DNA of 64,000 bases from Octopus sinensis (Eukaryota): the NCBI RefSeq assembly GCF_006345805.1, contig NC_042998.1, positions 95,418,001 to 95,482,000 on the forward strand. Direction: 5' to 3'. Below are positions 1-13,254 of this stretch, piece after piece. Every line of letters begins with the position of its first letter. The first letter of the stretch is position 1. Under the pieces are notes generated by a model, which worked only from the letters and a program-made list of their open reading frames with translations, was not told where the DNA came from and did no database searches. Made by a program: the position numbers and the translations under genes.

Positions 1-99
1 GGAGTGAAGGTGTGATAAATATGTAATAATCTATATATGGAAAACTCTAGAAGGGCTAGTACCTAATTTCAGCATTGAGTGTTACACAAATGTCAGAAC

Positions 100-495
100 T
101 GGTCGTCATTGTATTGTACCAATGGTACCATCCACTCCATCAAAATTCAGGACCAGATACTGCGATAGTATAGGGTTCAAAGGCCCACAGGTCTTCAATG
201 CCCTGCCACAAAAATTAAGAAATCTGCATAAGGCTGAAGTAGTTGTTTTCAAAAAGGAACTAGACATCTCCTCTCCACAATACTGGATGAACCAACAGAC
301 TGATATGAGGTACAGATGAGGGTAGTGGAATCAAATTCCTTTATACACCAAATGGACCAATAGCTAGGACAAAGGCACATACAAGAATGGTGATGTGAAC
401 ACTCCAGACTGAGGAAATAAAAAAAATAACGGTGGTGCTCCAGTACGATGGAAGCCAATTGGCTGAAATAAGTTAGAGAGTAAAAGAGTATACAT
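100..495 (+). mobile_element. 3' end of an APE-type LINE (CR1/L2/Jockey group), C-terminus plus 3' UTR
   Basis: ORF 122-319 (GFKGPQVFNALPQKLRNL...VFKKELD) resembles the C-terminus of CR1/L2-like ORF2. It is the reverse complement of 7310-7640 and ends in the GAGTAAAAGAGTA tail. Confidence 0.7.
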
Positions 496-505
496 ATATA
501 CATAC

Positions 506-880
506 GTGCTGAAGACCTCAGTAAATTGTAAGCACAGCAGACCTGATATAATGATTTGGGAAAGAGAAGTGAAACTGTGCACAGTAATTGTAATTAGCTG
601 CCCAGTGGATGTTAATGTAAAGCTGAAGATCAGTGAAGAAGAGAATAGCTATGCTGAACTATTGAGAAATCTGCAGTTACTCCATCCAGATTACAAGTTC
701 AGGTTTATACCTGCAATTACTGGGGCCCTGGGACATGTAACACACTGCCTAAAGACCAATCTTGAGAAATTAGGCCTCTCAAAACCGGAAAGGAAAAAGT
801 TAATTTGAAGACTACAGATCCAATCCATCACTAGAACTGTAAAAATCTGTGAAACTTTCCAGAAATTTATCGTTTAAATA
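506..880 (+). mobile_element. 3' fragment of an RLE-type (R4/CRE-like) non-LTR retrotransposon, restriction-like endonuclease domain
   Basis: ORF 506-808 has RPDIMIW...VISCP...ISEEENSYAELL...IPAITGALG, the PD..D/E..K RLE pattern. Homologous copies at 24690 and 48095. Confidence 0.7.
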
Positions 881-1099
881 TATATGAGCATGTCTGGTGC
901 AGCTTTCCAGCTGGCCAGCTCCATGTCAAACCATCCAACCCATGCCAGCATGGACAACTGACGTTAAATGAGATGATGATGATGAAGTTAACTGACCAGC
1001 CACTGACCACAAGCATCACACTATCTTTATATCATTATCACTGCTATCACAACCATCTCATTCCATATCCTGAATTATATACCAACCAGTAAAGGGCTT

Positions 1100-1300
1100 T
1101 TCTTCAACATGGTATTTTGACCTGCTAAAAGTAGCAGCCAAATTTCCCTTGCATAATATCCTGTCATCTTAGAAAAGGAAATATTTGATATTGTGATCCT
1201 CAGTTTCCTGCACATGAGTAAAAGACAGGATGGTCACAGCTGGAATGCTGTCTTAGGTCATAGGTATGATCTGGGGTTAAATTTCAACAACATCCACACT
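1100..1300 (+). repeat. Dispersed short repeat (SINE-like family D)
   Basis: AATAGCAGCCAAATTTC...GATGGTCA...GGTCATAGG...AACAACA. Related pieces at about 1790-1900, 4780-4850 and 19480-19640 (minus). Confidence 0.45.
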
Positions 1301-1324
1301 CTTTCTCCACTGCCTTATTAACCA

Positions 1325-1690
1325 CCATGAACAACAACAAAAACAACAACAGCAACAACAAAAAGCAACAAAATAAACATCAGTAGCACTATTCCCATCA
1401 CACTACTACCACCATCATCAGCACCAGCAATGCCACCAGCGCCACCACCACCCAATTTCACCTCCAGTGTCATGCAACCTATTTTATTCCTTCATATAAC
1501 ACATCCTGTCACTTTCACCAGCATCTTTACTTGAGCTACTACCACCACCCTGAACCACCACTGCCACCATCACCACCATCAACCACTGTCACCACCATCA
1601 ACATTGCCACTGCTGCTTCTCCACCACTACCACCATCACCACCACCACCAACAGCAATAACAACAACTGCAACAGCAGCAGCTGCTCAGT
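1325..1690. repeat. (CAA/CAC/CCA)n trinucleotide microsatellite cluster
   Basis: Imperfect trinucleotide runs read directly; they explain the Pro/Thr-rich ORF 1531-1785. Confidence 0.85.
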
Positions 1691-2053
1691 CAAGCTGGGG
1701 TGTATTAATTTTACTCCCTTGCCTCATGTCCCCTATAGTCTACATACCACATAATCATCTGTATGGGTGGCCAGACAGAAACTAATGAGGGAGCTTCTAT
1801 GTTGTATGATCTACAAGAAATAGCAGCCAAATTTCACTCAAATGACATCTGCTTGCTATCTTAAAAACAGGAAAGATACATTTGATAATGTAGTCCTATA
1901 TGAATGTATATGTATATATATATTTATATAAATAAATATATATTTATATTTATATATATAAAGATAGAGATTTAGATATATATACATATACATATATACA
2001 TATATAAGTGAATATATATACATATATAGGTGAATATATATATATATATATAC

Positions 2054-2290
2054 TCTCTCTCTTTTACTCTTTTACTTGTTTCAGTCATTTGACTGCGGCC
2101 ATGCTGGAGCACCGCCTTTAGTCGAGCAAATCGACCCCGGGACTTATTCTTTGTAAGCCCAGTACTTATTCTATTGGTCTCTTTTGCTGAACCGCTAAGT
2201 GACGGGGACGTAAACACACCAGCATCGGTTGTCAAGCAATGCTAGGGGGACAAACACAGACACACAAACACACACACACACATACATATG
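2054..2290 (-). mobile_element. SINE family A, 3' half
   Basis: Reverse complement of the tail GGTGCTCCAGCATGGCCGCAGTCAAATGACTGAAACAAGTAAAAGAG; breaks at the internal (TG/TA)n. Confidence 0.9.
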
Positions 2291-2711
2291 TATATACATA
2301 AGCTTTGGATGAACCTTGAAACTAATGTTCAGGTCATTTGGGCAATGCTGGTGGTATATTCTCTACAGTGGTGAAAAAATTTTTCGGTGAAGAAATTTTC
2401 TTGTACTGGAGTGTGAGTTCCAATGGTGGTTATATCTGGTCATTCCAAGCATAGAGCCTTGTAAACAGTGTTGGTTGATGTAGGGTTTTTTTTTTCTTTT
2501 TTGTAAATTAAAATGTATTGGTAGTGTCAATGGATAGATAGAGGGGGGAGAAATGTGTATAATTAGAAAGAGGAGATAGGTCAAATCAAAAACAAGAAGG
2601 GAGAATGAGATGAAAAAGAGAAGAAGCAAAAAGGAGGGAGACAAAAAAGAAATGAAGAGAGAGGGAACGAAATGAGAGAGGGTGTTAGCTAGTGGCTGTA
2701 TAAAATTAATT

Positions 2712-2862
2712 TCATAGGCTGTGTGGTAAGTAGTTTGCTTTCCAACCACATGGTTCTGGGTTAAGTCCCTCTGCATGGCACCTTGGGCAAGTGTCACCTA
2801 TAATAGCCTTGGGCTAACCAAAGCCTTGTGGGAGAATTTGGTAGACAGAATCTGAAAAAAGC

Positions 2863-2950
<88 letters not shown>

Positions 2951-3160
2951 GTGTGTGTGTATTTGTACATCTGTCCCTCCCCCCACTGTCACTTGACAAC
3001 TGATGTTGGTGTGTTTATGTCCACATAACTTAGTGGTTTGGCAAAAGAAACAATAAAATGAGTACTAGGCTTACAAAGTATAAGTCCAGGAGTCGATTTG
3101 TTCCACTAAAAGTGGTGCCCCAGCATAGCTGCAGTCAAATGACTAAAACAAATAAACGAA
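2712..3160 (+). mobile_element. SINE family A, full length, diverged
   Basis: tRNA-like head GGCTGTGTGGTAAGTAG...GGGTTAAGTCCC, internal (TA)n/(TG)n, conserved 3' tail. Confidence 0.85.
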
Positions 3161-3724
3161 TATAAAATTCAAATAGAAGTTATATTGGCCTCATGATGAT
3201 GATGATGATAAAGAGACTATAGCAGGAGACACTTATCCAAGATGCCATGTAGTGGGACTGAACCTGGAGCCATGTGATTGGGAAGCAAGCTTTCTACCAT
3301 ACAGCTATACCCGCAAGAATATGTTTATTTCATATCCCAAATTCTTATCCTTTAAAAAATACTTTCCCCTCATTTGTATTTATGACACTGACTAAATTCC
3401 TTCTTTAGTGACACCCAACTGAAATTCAAAGTTCATTACAGCATCAATCCATTAAACAATTTGTTTCTATATTTTTCTGAAACTATATCTGTTTTCTTCA
3501 ATTGATTTTGAAAATATGGAAGAATTTAATGAAAATAATTTTGTCATAATAAACCTATTTTTTCTGAAATTTAAAACAACACAAAATTTTAATGGAAAAT
3601 TTTAATATAGATCATTTTAAAACAGGATGTGTGTCTGCAAATAAATAACAAATGCCAGTGTAAGCACAAACAAACACATGCACAAACAAGTGCACATATT
3701 TTTAACATTTAATAGTATAACTGG

Positions 3725-3950
3725 TGGAGGCAGCGAGCTGGCAGAACCGTTAGCATGCTGGGTAAAATGCTTAGTGGCATTTTGTCTGCCTTAACATTCT
3801 GAGTTTAAATTCCACTGAGGTTGACTTCAATTTCCATCCTTTTAGGGTTGATGTTGATAAAACGAGCACCAGTTGATCACTGGGATTGATGCAAGTGATT
3901 TACACCCTCACATGATAATATTGGCCATGAGCCAAAATTTGAAACCAATA
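3725..3950 (+). mobile_element. SINE family B
   Basis: GGCAGCGAGCTGGCAGAACCGTTAGC head and GAGTTTAAATTCC B-box-like motif; shared with 14948 and 47555. Confidence 0.8.
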
Positions 3951-4196
3951 TTACGGCTGGTGCTAGTTTGTTTACATAACTTGGTGGTTCAGTAAAATAG
4001 ATCAACAAAATAACTACCAAGACTTAGATAAAAAAAATAAGTACTATCTGTTTGACTAAAACCCTTCAAGGATGTGTTCAGTGATGGATTAACCAATAAG
4101 CAAAATAAACATGTGCTTAGGGCATCAAGGGAAATTAGGGCACCACAGAAATGGTAAATGGCTTACAGCACCAAAGAAATTACTTTAAACTTACCC

Positions 4197-4572
4197 TTTA
4201 CTCTCTTTTACTTGTTTCAGTCATTTGACTGCAGCCATGCTGGAGCACTGCCTTTAGTCGAGCAAATTGACCCCAGGACTTATTCTTTGTAAGCCTATCG
4301 GTCTCTTTTGCCAAACCGCTAAGTTACAGGGACATAAACACACCAGCATCGGTTGTCAAGCGATATTGGGTGGGGGAGGTCAAACACAGACACACACATA
4401 CATATATGACGGGCTTCTTTCAGTTTTCATCTACCAAATCCACTCACAAGGCTTTGGTCGGCCCGAGGCTATAGTAGAAGATACTTGCCCAAGGTGCCAC
4501 GCAGTGGGACTGAACCCGGAACCATGTGGTTGGTAAGCAAGCTACTTACCACACAGCTACTCCTACGCCTAT
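4197..4572 (-). mobile_element. SINE family A, full length
   Basis: Both head and tail match 51318-51752 in reverse complement. Confidence 0.9.
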
Positions 4573-6807
4573 ACCACACAGCCACTCATTAATGTTTATA
4601 TTTTGAATTACATATATAAAGGGAAGCCAAAATTTTTTAAGTGCCTAGGGCCTCTATGGATCTTAATCAGGTCCTGGCTGTGTCCTTGCATGACCACAGT
4701 CCAATGACTAAAACAAAAAAAAAGGTAAGAAATGAAAAAAATACCTCCCCTAAATGAGAAAAAAAAATGTTTATAATAGGGGTCAATTCTTTTGATCATA
4801 GGTCTGCTCAGAGTTGACCTTGAGGCAAAACAACATCAACAACAAATACCCAGATCAGCACATGGTTGTTAACTTATCAGAGAAAAGTGTTGTATCTTTT
4901 GCCTATTCAATGGAATAATAAATACTGTTGGACTTTTTTTTTTTGTGTGTGTGCTTCTTACATATCAGTGTGTTGATGCTGAAAGCTTTCAAATATTCAT
5001 TCAATCTTTTCATTTTCCCCTTCATCTAACTTCTATACTCCCTGCTATTCACATGGGAAAGAACATATGGGTGTTCTGTCTGAAACTTTTTTTTTCTTTT
5101 TGCCAGCAAGGTCAAATACTAAAAAAAGAGATAGTTGATAAATATATAAATATATGAATAAGTAAAATTTTGTGATAATTGAAGCAAAGAAAATTCTAAA
5201 AACCTTTACTGTGCATTCCTTTTTATTTAATAAGTCCCCATTTAAATAAGCTCAAATTTCAGGACTCCCTCCTCTGAATAACAATAGGAAATAGAATTCT
5301 GCCTTGGTCCTTCATTAGCCAACACCTGTCACTCTCATTTTATTTCCCCTTCTTCCTATCTCTTTTCAATGGCTGGTAAGCAGCAAGGAACAGCTTCTCA
5401 AATGTCTGGGAAGTAGCTGGGATCTTTTTTCTTCAACCTAAACTGTTTTCTTCATGCATTAAATTAACATGTGGTTCAGTTGGAGATTTTTTTCTTTTTC
5501 TTTTTCTTCTTTTTTTTTTGGCAATGAGTTTTCTTTCATCTCCAGAACAGTTGGATCTAGTTTTTTTTCATTCTCAAAATATGCATTTTTCAAAAGACAG
5601 TAAAAAATCTGAAAGTTGGCTATATAATAGCTTTGAAGTTATGATGTTGTGGAGAAAGAAACTGGAGGAAAAATCATGTATTTTTAGCCAATAGCAAGAC
5701 AGAAATTTTCTGCATCTAGTGGAGCAGTGTCAACTTTAAGGCTGTACTCTGAAATTTATGGTTTAGTCTCTATGAAATGACCCCTTCATTGTAGGTTTCT
5801 AAATAAACAGAAGTACCTAATAAAATCAACATGTATCATCTTACTGATTCTTTTGTCTCTTCATTGATTGTATATTTTTATTTTTTGCTAAATTTGTTAT
5901 ATTAATATATTTGTCTGCATGTGTTTACTTTATGCATATTTCAGTATTAGGTATACCTGTCATGTATTTATGTACATCATTAATGTATAAGTGCATGCAT
6001 GTGTGTGTGTGTGTGTTTGTGTGTGCGCGTGTGTGTGTGTGTGTGTGTGTGAAAAGGCAGCGTCTGTCTCCAAAACTTCAAAGTTGAGTAATGTTCTCAT
6101 GTTTGGATTTGTAAACTATGATAAGAATAACACTAGTCAACAAAGAATTTATCCCAAGAAAAAGAATACCTGTATGTTATGTATGTTATACGTTTTTGCA
6201 TGTGGAATTCAAGAATAATGTCAAATTATTTGTACTAAGTTCACATATTCCATTCACCTTCATAATGCCAAGAAACAGTATTAACATTGCAAACAACTTT
6301 TGCTATGAAAAATATGTAAAATATTAAGACAATTGATGAAAAATATCTTTAATAAAATTCTAATTGATAAATATAAATTTTTATTAAAGCAAAACACATG
6401 GGTGAAGTAAATCTTGTAGTGTGAAGAATCAACACAAGTGGGTGAAACACAACACAAAGTGCAGTTGTCATGGTAACAAATTATTAATGTCTTCCGGTCT
6501 GTTGATTGGCTAAAATTACCCAAATTTCTGGACTTTAGATCCAAATAACATCAGATTCTTTAATTTATGAGATAAAGTAATTGATTGATCATAATCAAAA
6601 TTCAGAGTTGCATCGATACACCAAAATTGAAAACAATTTGAGCAAAATTAAAGAGAACTCAATTTGCAAATGAGAAAAACTAGATCTGAACAGTTCATCT
6701 TTTAGTCAAGAAAATCTTCAGTTAATATTTGGAGCCATCAACTTATATATGTAGACTGTGATGCAAACAAAACAATAGTGCTGCTTAACTGAATGGTTTC
6801 TGGCATA

Positions 6808-6857
<50 letters not shown>

Positions 6858-6892
<35 letters not shown>

Positions 6893-7290
6893 GTTTAACG
6901 TCAGTTTTCCATGCTGGCATGGGTTGGACAGTTCAACCGGGGACTGGGAAGCCAGAAGGCTGCCCCAGGCTCCAGTCTGATCTGGCAGTGTTTCTACAGC
7001 TGGATGCCCTTCCTAATGCTAACCGCTCCATGAGTGTAGTGGGTGCTTTTTACGTGCCACCGGCACAGAAGCCAGTAAAGGTGGCGCTGGCATCGTCCAC
7101 ATTCGGATGGTGCTTTTTACGTGCCACCGACACAGGTATCGCAACTACAACTTCCATCTGATTTTTATTTTGATGTTGATGTACTTGACTCAATAGGTCT
7201 CCTGAAGCACAGCAGGTCGCCCTACGATCCAGGGTAAGCACAGCAGGCCATCCTGCAATCAAAGGTACTTTGAATGGGCTGTGGCTGGGG
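6858..7290 (-). mobile_element. Non-autonomous retroposon family C with (ATG)n tail (probably RTE-related)
   Basis: (CAT)n followed by CGTTTAACGTC..TTTCCATGCTGGCATGGGTTGGAC...CTGGATGCCCTTCCTAA. Copies at 21240, 23235, 25215, 26480/27595 (opposite orientation) and 41155. Confidence 0.75.
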
Positions 7291-7309
7291 CTAGTTATGC
7301 GAAGCTGGT

Positions 7310-7980
7310 ACTCTTTTACTCATTTCAGCCATGCAGCTGCAGTCATTCTGGAGCACCACCATGGTGGTTCTGACTTCCTCAGGGTGGGGTATTTCATATC
7401 ATCACTCCTGTCTGTGCTTTGGTCCTATCTGTTGGCCCATTTGGTGTATAAGGGAGTTTGATTCCACTGCCCTCATCTGCAACTCATGTCGGGCTGTTGG
7501 TTCATCCAGTATTGATGTCTAGTTCCTTTTTGAAGATATCTACTTCCACCTAATGCAGATTTCTTGATTTTTGTGGCAGAGCATTGAAGACCTGTTGGCC
7601 TTTGAACCCTACACTATTGCAGTACCTGGTCCTGAATTTGTACCTTTGGTACAATATAATGACAGCAAGATTCTCCACAGGATCAACATAATTTTTTGGT
7701 CACTTGTCTTGAAGGACCTCAGTATTCAATCCGCCAGTTGTCTGCACTTTGCTACCATCTTGGTAATGTGGCTGGCACCTCCTTTAGAGCTACAATATTA
7801 AAGAATTCAGGTGTTTTTTTTATTTGCATGTTTTCAAGGGGGTAAGTGAAGACTCTTTTAAATTGTTCACTGTGTATTCTTTTTGAACAATGGTCCTATT
7901 TTATATTGTATTGTGGCTGTTTCCTTTGGGAATTTATAGAAAGCTTTGAGATTTGTTTTTATGCTTTCCACAGCTCTCTT

Positions 7981-8063
<83 letters not shown>

Positions 8064-8630
8064 TTCATGAAAGAGTTTGATCTTGTTTTCAATTTCTAGG
8101 AGTGTCTGTATTAAGATACAGTTCTCCCTATCCTTTAGTTGCCTATTCAGCTGCTTTGAGACCTTTGACCTGCAACACATAAGGGTTTTTCTATCCCTGG
8201 GAATCTTATTTGTCAGTGTGCTAGCCTTTCTTTCTGGAGTATATTTAGTGTATATAGTTTGCACTGTTGGCATGAACTGGCTGAGTTTCAAGTCAATGTC
8301 TTGATACATAGAATGTTGGACCAGTTTTGTTTGTTGATCTCTTTGCAGATTGCTCTCCATTTTACTTTAGAGAAACTCAGGTTGGATAAAGCTGGAATCC
8401 TCCTGATAGGGTAGATACCAGCAGTTCACACAGGACCATACACAGTTAGTTCAACAATGTTGTGATCTGAGAGTGCTGTTTGTGTCACCTTCACATTATG
8501 GATAAATTTCACATTATTTGTGAAGCAGAGATCCAATATGTTGTTTCTCCTGGTTGGCCTGGGTATGACTTGCTCCATGTACAGTATTATTTGCTCCATG
8601 TAAAGTACGACTTGCTCCATGTATTAGTAA
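7310..8630 (-). mobile_element. Internally deleted APE-type LINE (CR1/L2/Jockey group) lacking the RT core
   Basis: APE end (PTRRNNILDLCFTN...SDHNIV, 8426-8620), linker (NKIPRDRK..., IKTNLKAFYKF...KIGPL), then a jump to the post-RT region and the same 3' end as 100-495. Confidence 0.75.
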
Positions 8631-8655
8631 GTCCAAGTAATGACTCTACATATAC

Positions 8656-8694
<39 letters not shown>

Positions 8695-9189
8695 GCCATA
8701 AAAACCCATGTAAATTGCACACCTGTGTAATTTATGCAGGTGATTTTCAGGATAAAATTTGTTAAAAAAAGCTTCTGTTCATGAAAAATTCACACCCAAA
8801 AGTTTTCAGAATTGTCAATATGGCCAGTGGGCAAAATTTTTCAATTTAGTTGTACTTAGCATAAGTTCACTTACTCATGATTAGATTTTATCAAATTTTC
8901 ATTAAATATAAATAATTTCTGTTTAACAGGTATCACATTAAACGCTATTAAAATTACAATGTGTTTGTGTTGTCTGTGTAAATAAAATCAGTTTTGTGGG
9001 ACTGACATATGTCAGTCCGTTTTACTCATTTGGTATACCCTCCTCCTCCCTCAATGTTAGCATTCCAATAATAAAAATAAATAAATGAAAAATATGATGC
9101 TGATTGTGTGTGTGTGTTTGTGTGCATGTAACTGTATGAGACTGTGTGTTTGTGTGTCTCCAAGTAACCAGAAATAACTGAAGTATTAT

Positions 9190-9560
9190 TTTACAAAATG
9201 CGAGCATGTATATATGATAAATTGAAGGAAATTGTTGTATACAGTGCTCAGGTGCACTACAATTAAAAAAAAAAAAGCCATCAGGTGTACTGTTTTCAAG
9301 AAGTATGGAAGATTTAAAGATGTAGTGTCTCGACAGCTAACAACTGATGGAGGTAGTTTATTCCATGCTTCAGCAATTCTGAGCATGAAAAAATATTTCC
9401 AAAAGTCATGGATGCTGTGTTGTTTTTTGATTTTATAAACATGTCCGTGAGTGTTTGTCATATGGAATTCAAAAAGGTGCCCAAGGTTGTTGTTGGAAAG
9501 ATGATGGATAATCTTGTTTATAATAAACTTTATTTTACATTTCTTGCCCACAAGAGATTA
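9190..9560 (-). mobile_element. CR1-type LINE 3' fragment
   Basis: THGHVYKIKK...FFMLRIAEAWNKLP matches the CR1 C-terminal motif (RGH..KL...F..RV...WN.LP). Confidence 0.7.
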
Positions 9561-9794
9561 TGTTCAATCTTTAGCATACTGCTGTATATCTTCTCGAATC
9601 ACAATCGCAGGAATAGTTGCTGATAAGAATTATCAACAAAAACAAAGCTGACGAATACACACAGGTGTTGCAAATTAAGTTGAATAACCAATAAACATCA
9701 GCTTAGATGATATGTTACTCAACTGATAAAAATATGTAAAATATGGCCTGGATCATGTCAGACTTCAAAAAATAGTTAACCATTTATTATTTTT

Positions 9795-10283
9795 AGTAAT
9801 TCTTTTATTCTTTTATTTCTTTCAGTCATTTGACTGCAGCCATGCTGGAGCAACGCCTTTAGTCGAGCAAATCGACCCCAGGGCTTATTCTTTGTAAGCC
9901 TAGTACTTATTCTATCGGTCTCTCTTGCCGAACCACTAAGTGATGGAGACGTAAACACACCACCATCGGTTGTCAAGCAATGTTGGAGAGACAACCACAG
10001 ACACACAAACATATACATACACACACACACATATATATATATATGCGACAGGCTTCTTTCAGCTTCCGTCTACTAAATCCACTCACAAGGCTTTGGTCGG
10101 CCTGAGGCTAACTTGTTTCAGTCATTAGATTGTGGCCATGCTGGAGCATCACCTTGAAGGGTTTAATTGAACAAATCAACTTCAGTGTTTTTGTTTTCAA
10201 GCCGAGAACTTATTCTCTCAGTATCTTTTGGAAAACTGCTAAGTTACAGGGATGTCAAGCAGTGGTGGAAGACATACAGATAT

Positions 10284-10316
<33 letters not shown>

Positions 10317-10465
10317 CAGTTATAGTTTCCATCTACTGAATCCACTCACAAGGATTTTTGGTTGGTCAGGGATTCGATAAAAGACGCTTGCTGAAGATGC
10401 CATACAGTGGGATTGAACCCAGAACTGAATTGTTGAGAAACAAACTTCTTAGCATGCAGCTATTA
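9795..10465 (-). mobile_element. Two adjacent SINE family A copies
   Basis: Two tail motifs (TTTCAGTCATT) at about 9820 and 10117; the head of the second lies at about 10400-10460. Confidence 0.8.
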
Positions 10466-11469
10466 TTCCTAACTTTTTTCTTACTTATTAATTCTAGAGG
10501 AAGGAAGTAGATTGTTCTAGAGGAAGGAAGCATATGAACCCTTTCTATATCACCCCACATGGGGCTGCCCCTGATTTTATAATGCAAATTCACTGTTTTT
10601 AAGTCAAATCTTCCATCAAAATTTCTTAATTTAATTTGTTTCAACCATGAGCTTAATAATAACTACGCTATTTTACAAAATTCTTCATTATTTTCAAAAT
10701 TAATTGAAATAAAGATTGTATTTCAGCAAAAAACAAAAGATAGACAGGTGAGGAAACAACAAACAAGGTGTATTAGTTTGATGCTCAGAAAAAAATGGAA
10801 GAGTGTTTGTCCAACTAGTGTTGGTTTGTTTATGTCCAATTTAGTGGTTTGGTGAAAGAGTCTGATAGAAAAATTCCAGACTTATTAGAAAATAAAGTAC
10901 AGGGATCAATTTGTTTGACTAAACTCTTCTGGCCAGTGCCCCAGCATGACTGCAGCCCAATAACTAAATCAAGTAAAAGATAAAAGATAAATACAAAAAA
11001 AAATATATCAAAAACTGGCCATTTGCTTCTCCTTGACCATCTACCAACTTCCTAGGCTCAAGTAATACGTTTAAAGAATTTGTGTAACTTGTTTCTTCAG
11101 CTGCTTCTCTTTTAATTTCTTTTCATTAGCATTAAAGAAAATGATATAATGTTAAACATTTAGGTTACATTCTTCCAACCTATGAATTAAACATAAATCT
11201 ATGTCTGTTTGTTTACTTAATCAAAACACCCATCCTACAAAGTGTAAGAGTCTCTTTAGAAATATATCTATTTGCATTTTGAAGAAGAGACTACATTCTT
11301 TTGTTTCTAACTACACTAACTGTCCTTTAACCACCTGAGCATCTCTGGTATTTATCTACTAACATTTTCTTTCAATTTGGATCATAATGAGGTTGTTTAA
11401 TCTACGAGATATAGCAGTCATGTTTTCTTGTGTGTTTAAGAAACTCACTTTGCAATCACATGATTTTAG

Positions 11470-11900
11470 GTTCAGTCCCATTGAGTTCACCTTGGACAAG
11501 CATTTTCTACTATAACCCAGGGCTGACCTATGTCTTGAAAGATCCAGCTTGTTGTGCTCAAGCATCTGGTCTGTTTGGATTGGGACATCCCACAGGATTT
11601 TGCCAGTCTCCTTCTCAGCCATTCTTTATAATTTGTCCTCATACTACATCCTACCTCTCTCATACCCTCGCCTTTCACTGTTTCTAATGCAGCACTTTCA
11701 CTACTTCATCATGTTGCCACAACTTATATTGGTTTTGGCCAAGTCAAGCGCATTCATTCACAATATGGGCAACAGTTTTGTTAAATCTATTATAGATTTG
11801 ACATAGTGGAGACATTTGATCATTTCTAAGGTTGAGCCCCTGATTTGTGGCTGAAGCTTGGTTTTGCTCTGCCAGTATAGTATATTATTGATGTTGTTGT
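11470..11900 (-). pseudogene. Degraded R4/Dong-type LINE, CCHC zinc knuckle and RLE fragment
   Basis: Minus-strand ...NRFNKTVAHIVNEC...QYKLWQHD.V... and KILWDVPIQTDQMLEHNKLDL, with stops and frameshifts. Confidence 0.7.
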
Positions 11901-12181
11901 TTTGGGATGAAGTTTTGTCAAACAATAAAGATACAGCTACTGTTATAAACTAAAATGTAAGGGACACGCAAATATGGGGAAATGCATGATGATATTCTTT
12001 TGTGCCAATTGTGACATGTTGTAACACTTGTTTTGTTGACAAGGAATGTTGGAAGCAAATCCTTTGAGGCGGTGGTTTGCTGCTGGAACATTAGAATTCC
12101 TTTGAGCCTTTACAGTTTCAAATCACAAATCAATAATTAGTTCTTTATCTGACTTTTATTGTTGAAAATGACTTGAATACA

Positions 12182-12419
12182 TACTCTCTTTTACTTGTTT
12201 CAGTCTTTTGACTGTAGCCATGCTGGAGCACCACCTTTAGTCAAGCAAATCGACCCCAGGACTTATTCTTTGTAAGCCTAGTACTTATTCTATTGGTCTC
12301 TCTTGCCGAACCACTAAGTGATGGAGATGTAAAAATACACCAGTATCGGTTGTCAAGTGATGCTGGGAGGACAAACACAGACACACAAACGTATACACAA
12401 ACACATGCACACACACGCA

Positions 12420-12467
<48 letters not shown>

Positions 12468-12630
12468 TATATACGACGGACTTCTTTCAGTTTCCGTCTA
12501 CCAAATCCACTCACAAGGCTTTGGTTGGTCCGAGGCTATAGTAGAATCCACTTGCTCAAGGTGCCACACAGTAGGACTGAACCCAGAACCATGTGGGTTG
12601 TAAGCAAGCTAGTTACCACACACCCACTCC
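12182..12630 (-). mobile_element. SINE family A, full length
   Basis: Head, (CA)n core and tail present. Confidence 0.9.
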
Positions 12631-13254
12631 TACATGTGAAACAAATTTTATTTATTTTCCAGTTTCTTCTGTAGTTTTAAAGTTAATAATATTTGTATTT
12701 CAAGTCAAAGAATCTTAATCCTGCAGAGTTTCTTTTGATCAGTTTCATATTTTCTCCCCACATCTCAGCATGTATGTCTGAATTAGATAACAGCATTGCA
12801 AACATACATTGTTTCTCAATATAATTTAGGTTTTCTGTGAATCCTCAGAGATTTGCCTGTAGAAAAACTTTATAGCTTGTATTTCTCATTTGAAGCTGAA
12901 TGTTGTGAGCTTTCCATTTTCATTTAGAGTAACAAGTGATAATTAAATATTTTTGCTTCCTGTTTCAGGTAATGTCCTTCAAAATAGTGTTCATTAATGA
13001 TTATTATAATCATTTTTTTTTTTTTTGCCTTTAATAACTACTGTCCAAATTTGACATTTGTAAGGACTGAATTTATAGCTGAAGCAGGCTGTCTAATTAA
13101 ATATCAAAAATATGCTTCAGTTGTCGATAATGGATATTTGTGTCAAAAGACACGTACTCAGAATTACAAGATAACACCCAAATTTATTAAACCTGTTTCA
13201 TATATCTCTCAAGTTGTATTATAAACTTATTAGATAACTTGTTATTGTATAATA

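Noticed and set aside
1531-1785. Pro/Thr-rich ORF
   Set aside because: Derived from (CCA/CAC)n repeats; no splice or homology support.
12680-12840. Stop-free minus-strand frame of about 55 codons (…HAEMWGENMKLIKRN…)
   Set aside because: No compatible splice sites or recognisable homology; length is within chance.
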